From Candidatus Saccharimonadota bacterium (GTDB lineage: Bacteria > Patescibacteriota > Saccharimonadia > Saccharimonadales > UBA4665), in contig DAINPB010000004.1 in the NCBI GenBank assembly GCA_036743655.1, positions 15,788-79,787 on the forward strand: a stretch of DNA of 64,000 bases, written 5' to 3'. Below, in pieces: positions 62,937-64,000 of this stretch. Numbering within the stretch: the first letter of the stretch is position 1; every line of letters begins with the position of its first letter. Position numbers and translations under genes: made by a program. The notes under the pieces are model-generated. The model made no database searches. It was not told the DNA's origin and was given only the letters and a program-made list of their open reading frames with translations.

Positions 62937-63944
62937 TCAAGATGCCCGACGTCGCAGCGCACGCACATCTTTCTGTAGCTGTTTGAGCGCGGCCGCTTCT
63001 ATGTCGCTGATTCTGTCCGAGCTAAGCTCGAATATTTTTCCTACTACGGCTTGTGTGAGGCCTTTGGCGGTGGTCATTTGTTTGATGATTTCGGTGTAGC
63101 GCTTCTTGCCTTGAGCCGTATTGACAGAAGCCCTTGCCAGCGACTTGACATAGACGCCGTGGCGCAGACTGAGAATCACCAGATCGCGTATGTCCAGAGA
63201 GGAGTGCTGAAATATTTCCGAAATCTCTTCTTCGTTAGAGAACTTTTCTATTTCGGCATCGATAGTATTAGAGTCCGCCAGAAGATCACCAAGCTCATCT
63301 TCGTCCTCACCAACTTCCATATTAAGGGATAGCAAGTATCGGGCACCGATGCGCTGCAGCTTTTCCACCTCTGAAAGTTCCATACGAGCTGCCGCTGCAA
63401 TCTCTTCGGCTGTGGGCTTGTGGCTCAGCTCGTCTTCGAGTCTTAGGGCATGACCTCTCATGGCCGACCAACGCTCATGGATGTTTTTCGGCAGTCGTAT
63501 GGCGCGCCCTTTGTCGGCAATAGCACGCGTGATGTGCTGACGGATCCATGGGGTGGCGTAGGTCGAGAACTTATAACCTTTACTGATGTCGAATCTCCGC
63601 ACCGCTACGGCCAGGCCCAGATTACCTTCCTGCACGAGGTCGAGGAATGGTAGCATTTTGTACGAATCATAACTCCTGGCAATAGACACCGCCAAACGCA
63701 GATTTGAAGTGTAGGCTATCTTATGCGCCGCCGCCAATTTGATAAATGTCCTCTCTTGATCAGGACTGACATCCTCCAAGTTGCCATCAAGTTCTTGGTA
63801 GAGCGCCAATCCGGTCTCAACATGCGAGAAAAGCTCGACTTCATCGGCCGGAGTAAGCAGTTTGTACTGCCGTATTTCGCGCATGTAGCGCTCCTCAATA
63901 TCTTCCGGATCATCTTCCGCTTCTGCGCTGGGCGCGCCCTTCAT
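62937..63944 (-). CDS. rpoD: RNA polymerase sigma-70 family factor (primary-like)
   Basis: Region 1.2 YMREIRQYKLLT. Region 2 DLVQEGNLGLAVAVRRFD...YKFSTYATPWIRQ. Region 3, and a region 4 HTH. The frame stays open to the window edge, so the true start may be the ATG at 63944, the TTG at 63959, or beyond 64000. Confidence 0.85.
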   Translation of the reverse strand: MKGAPSAEAEDDPEDIEERYMREIRQYKLLTPADEVELFSHVETGLALYQELDGNLEDVSPDQERTFIKLAAAHKIAYTSNLRLAVSIARSYDSYKMLPFLDLVQEGNLGLAVAVRRFDISKGYKFSTYATPWIRQHITRAIADKGRAIRLPKNIHERWSAMRGHALRLEDELSHKPTAEEIAAAARMELSEVEKLQRIGARYLLSLNMEVGEDEDELGDLLADSNTIDAEIEKFSNEEEISEIFQHSSLDIRDLVILSLRHGVYVKSLARASVNTAQGKKRYTEIIKQMTTAKGLTQAVVGKIFELSSDRISDIEAAALKQLQKDVRALRRRAS

Positions 63945-64000
63945 TATCCGGTAACGCAAGGCGATGCGTTCTGCTTGGGGATGGTGTTTGTACTTCTCGA

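Overview
This 64-kb window looks bacterial, with mid-range GC and a small-genome style. The gene content (compact F-type ATPase operon, cobO, yvcK, an RRM protein, many stand-alone receivers, many orphan small proteins) resembles Patescibacteria/Saccharibacteria. That assignment is inference only and no search was run.

Layout:
(1) 0.3-8.6 kb, minus strand: a complete atpI-like/B/E/F/H/A/G/D/C operon. It is interrupted by four unrecognisable ORFs around atpG. Two of them end in the same peptide as the gamma subunit C-terminus.
(2) 8.7-16 kb: housekeeping and envelope genes (glutaredoxin-like, cobO, deaminase-like, kinase, thermonuclease, GT2, glycoside hydrolase, smpB).
(3) 16.1-17.1 kb: tRNA-Asn, then a 0.9-kb islet with a ParE-type toxin-antitoxin pair. 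The islet is bounded by an exact 24-nt copy of the tRNA 3' end.
(4) 17.6-48 kb: a largely unidirectional plus-strand array of about 35 mostly orphan genes. Almost every gene is preceded by the same roughly 65-90 nt module: a GGAGCC-containing motif, a -35, a 17-nt spacer, a TGn-extended -10 (often TATTTT), then the ATG 6-7 nt later, implying leaderless mRNAs. The array includes a BrnT/BrnA pair, an Mrr-like nuclease fused to a P-loop NTPase, and an SF2 helicase carrying ten tandem HTH-like repeats. Several visibly AT-rich genes lie on the opposite strand.
(5) 48-64 kb: a SulP transporter, then a signalling cluster (two PAS histidine kinases, five stand-alone receivers, a cellulose-synthase-like GT2, Crp/Fnr), two PNPOx-like proteins, an ATP-grasp ligase, an RRM protein and a sigma-70 factor.

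I saw no rRNA, CRISPR array, transposase or integrase. CDS coordinates are anchored on the supplied ORF track. Motif coordinates were counted by hand and may be off by 1-2 nt.
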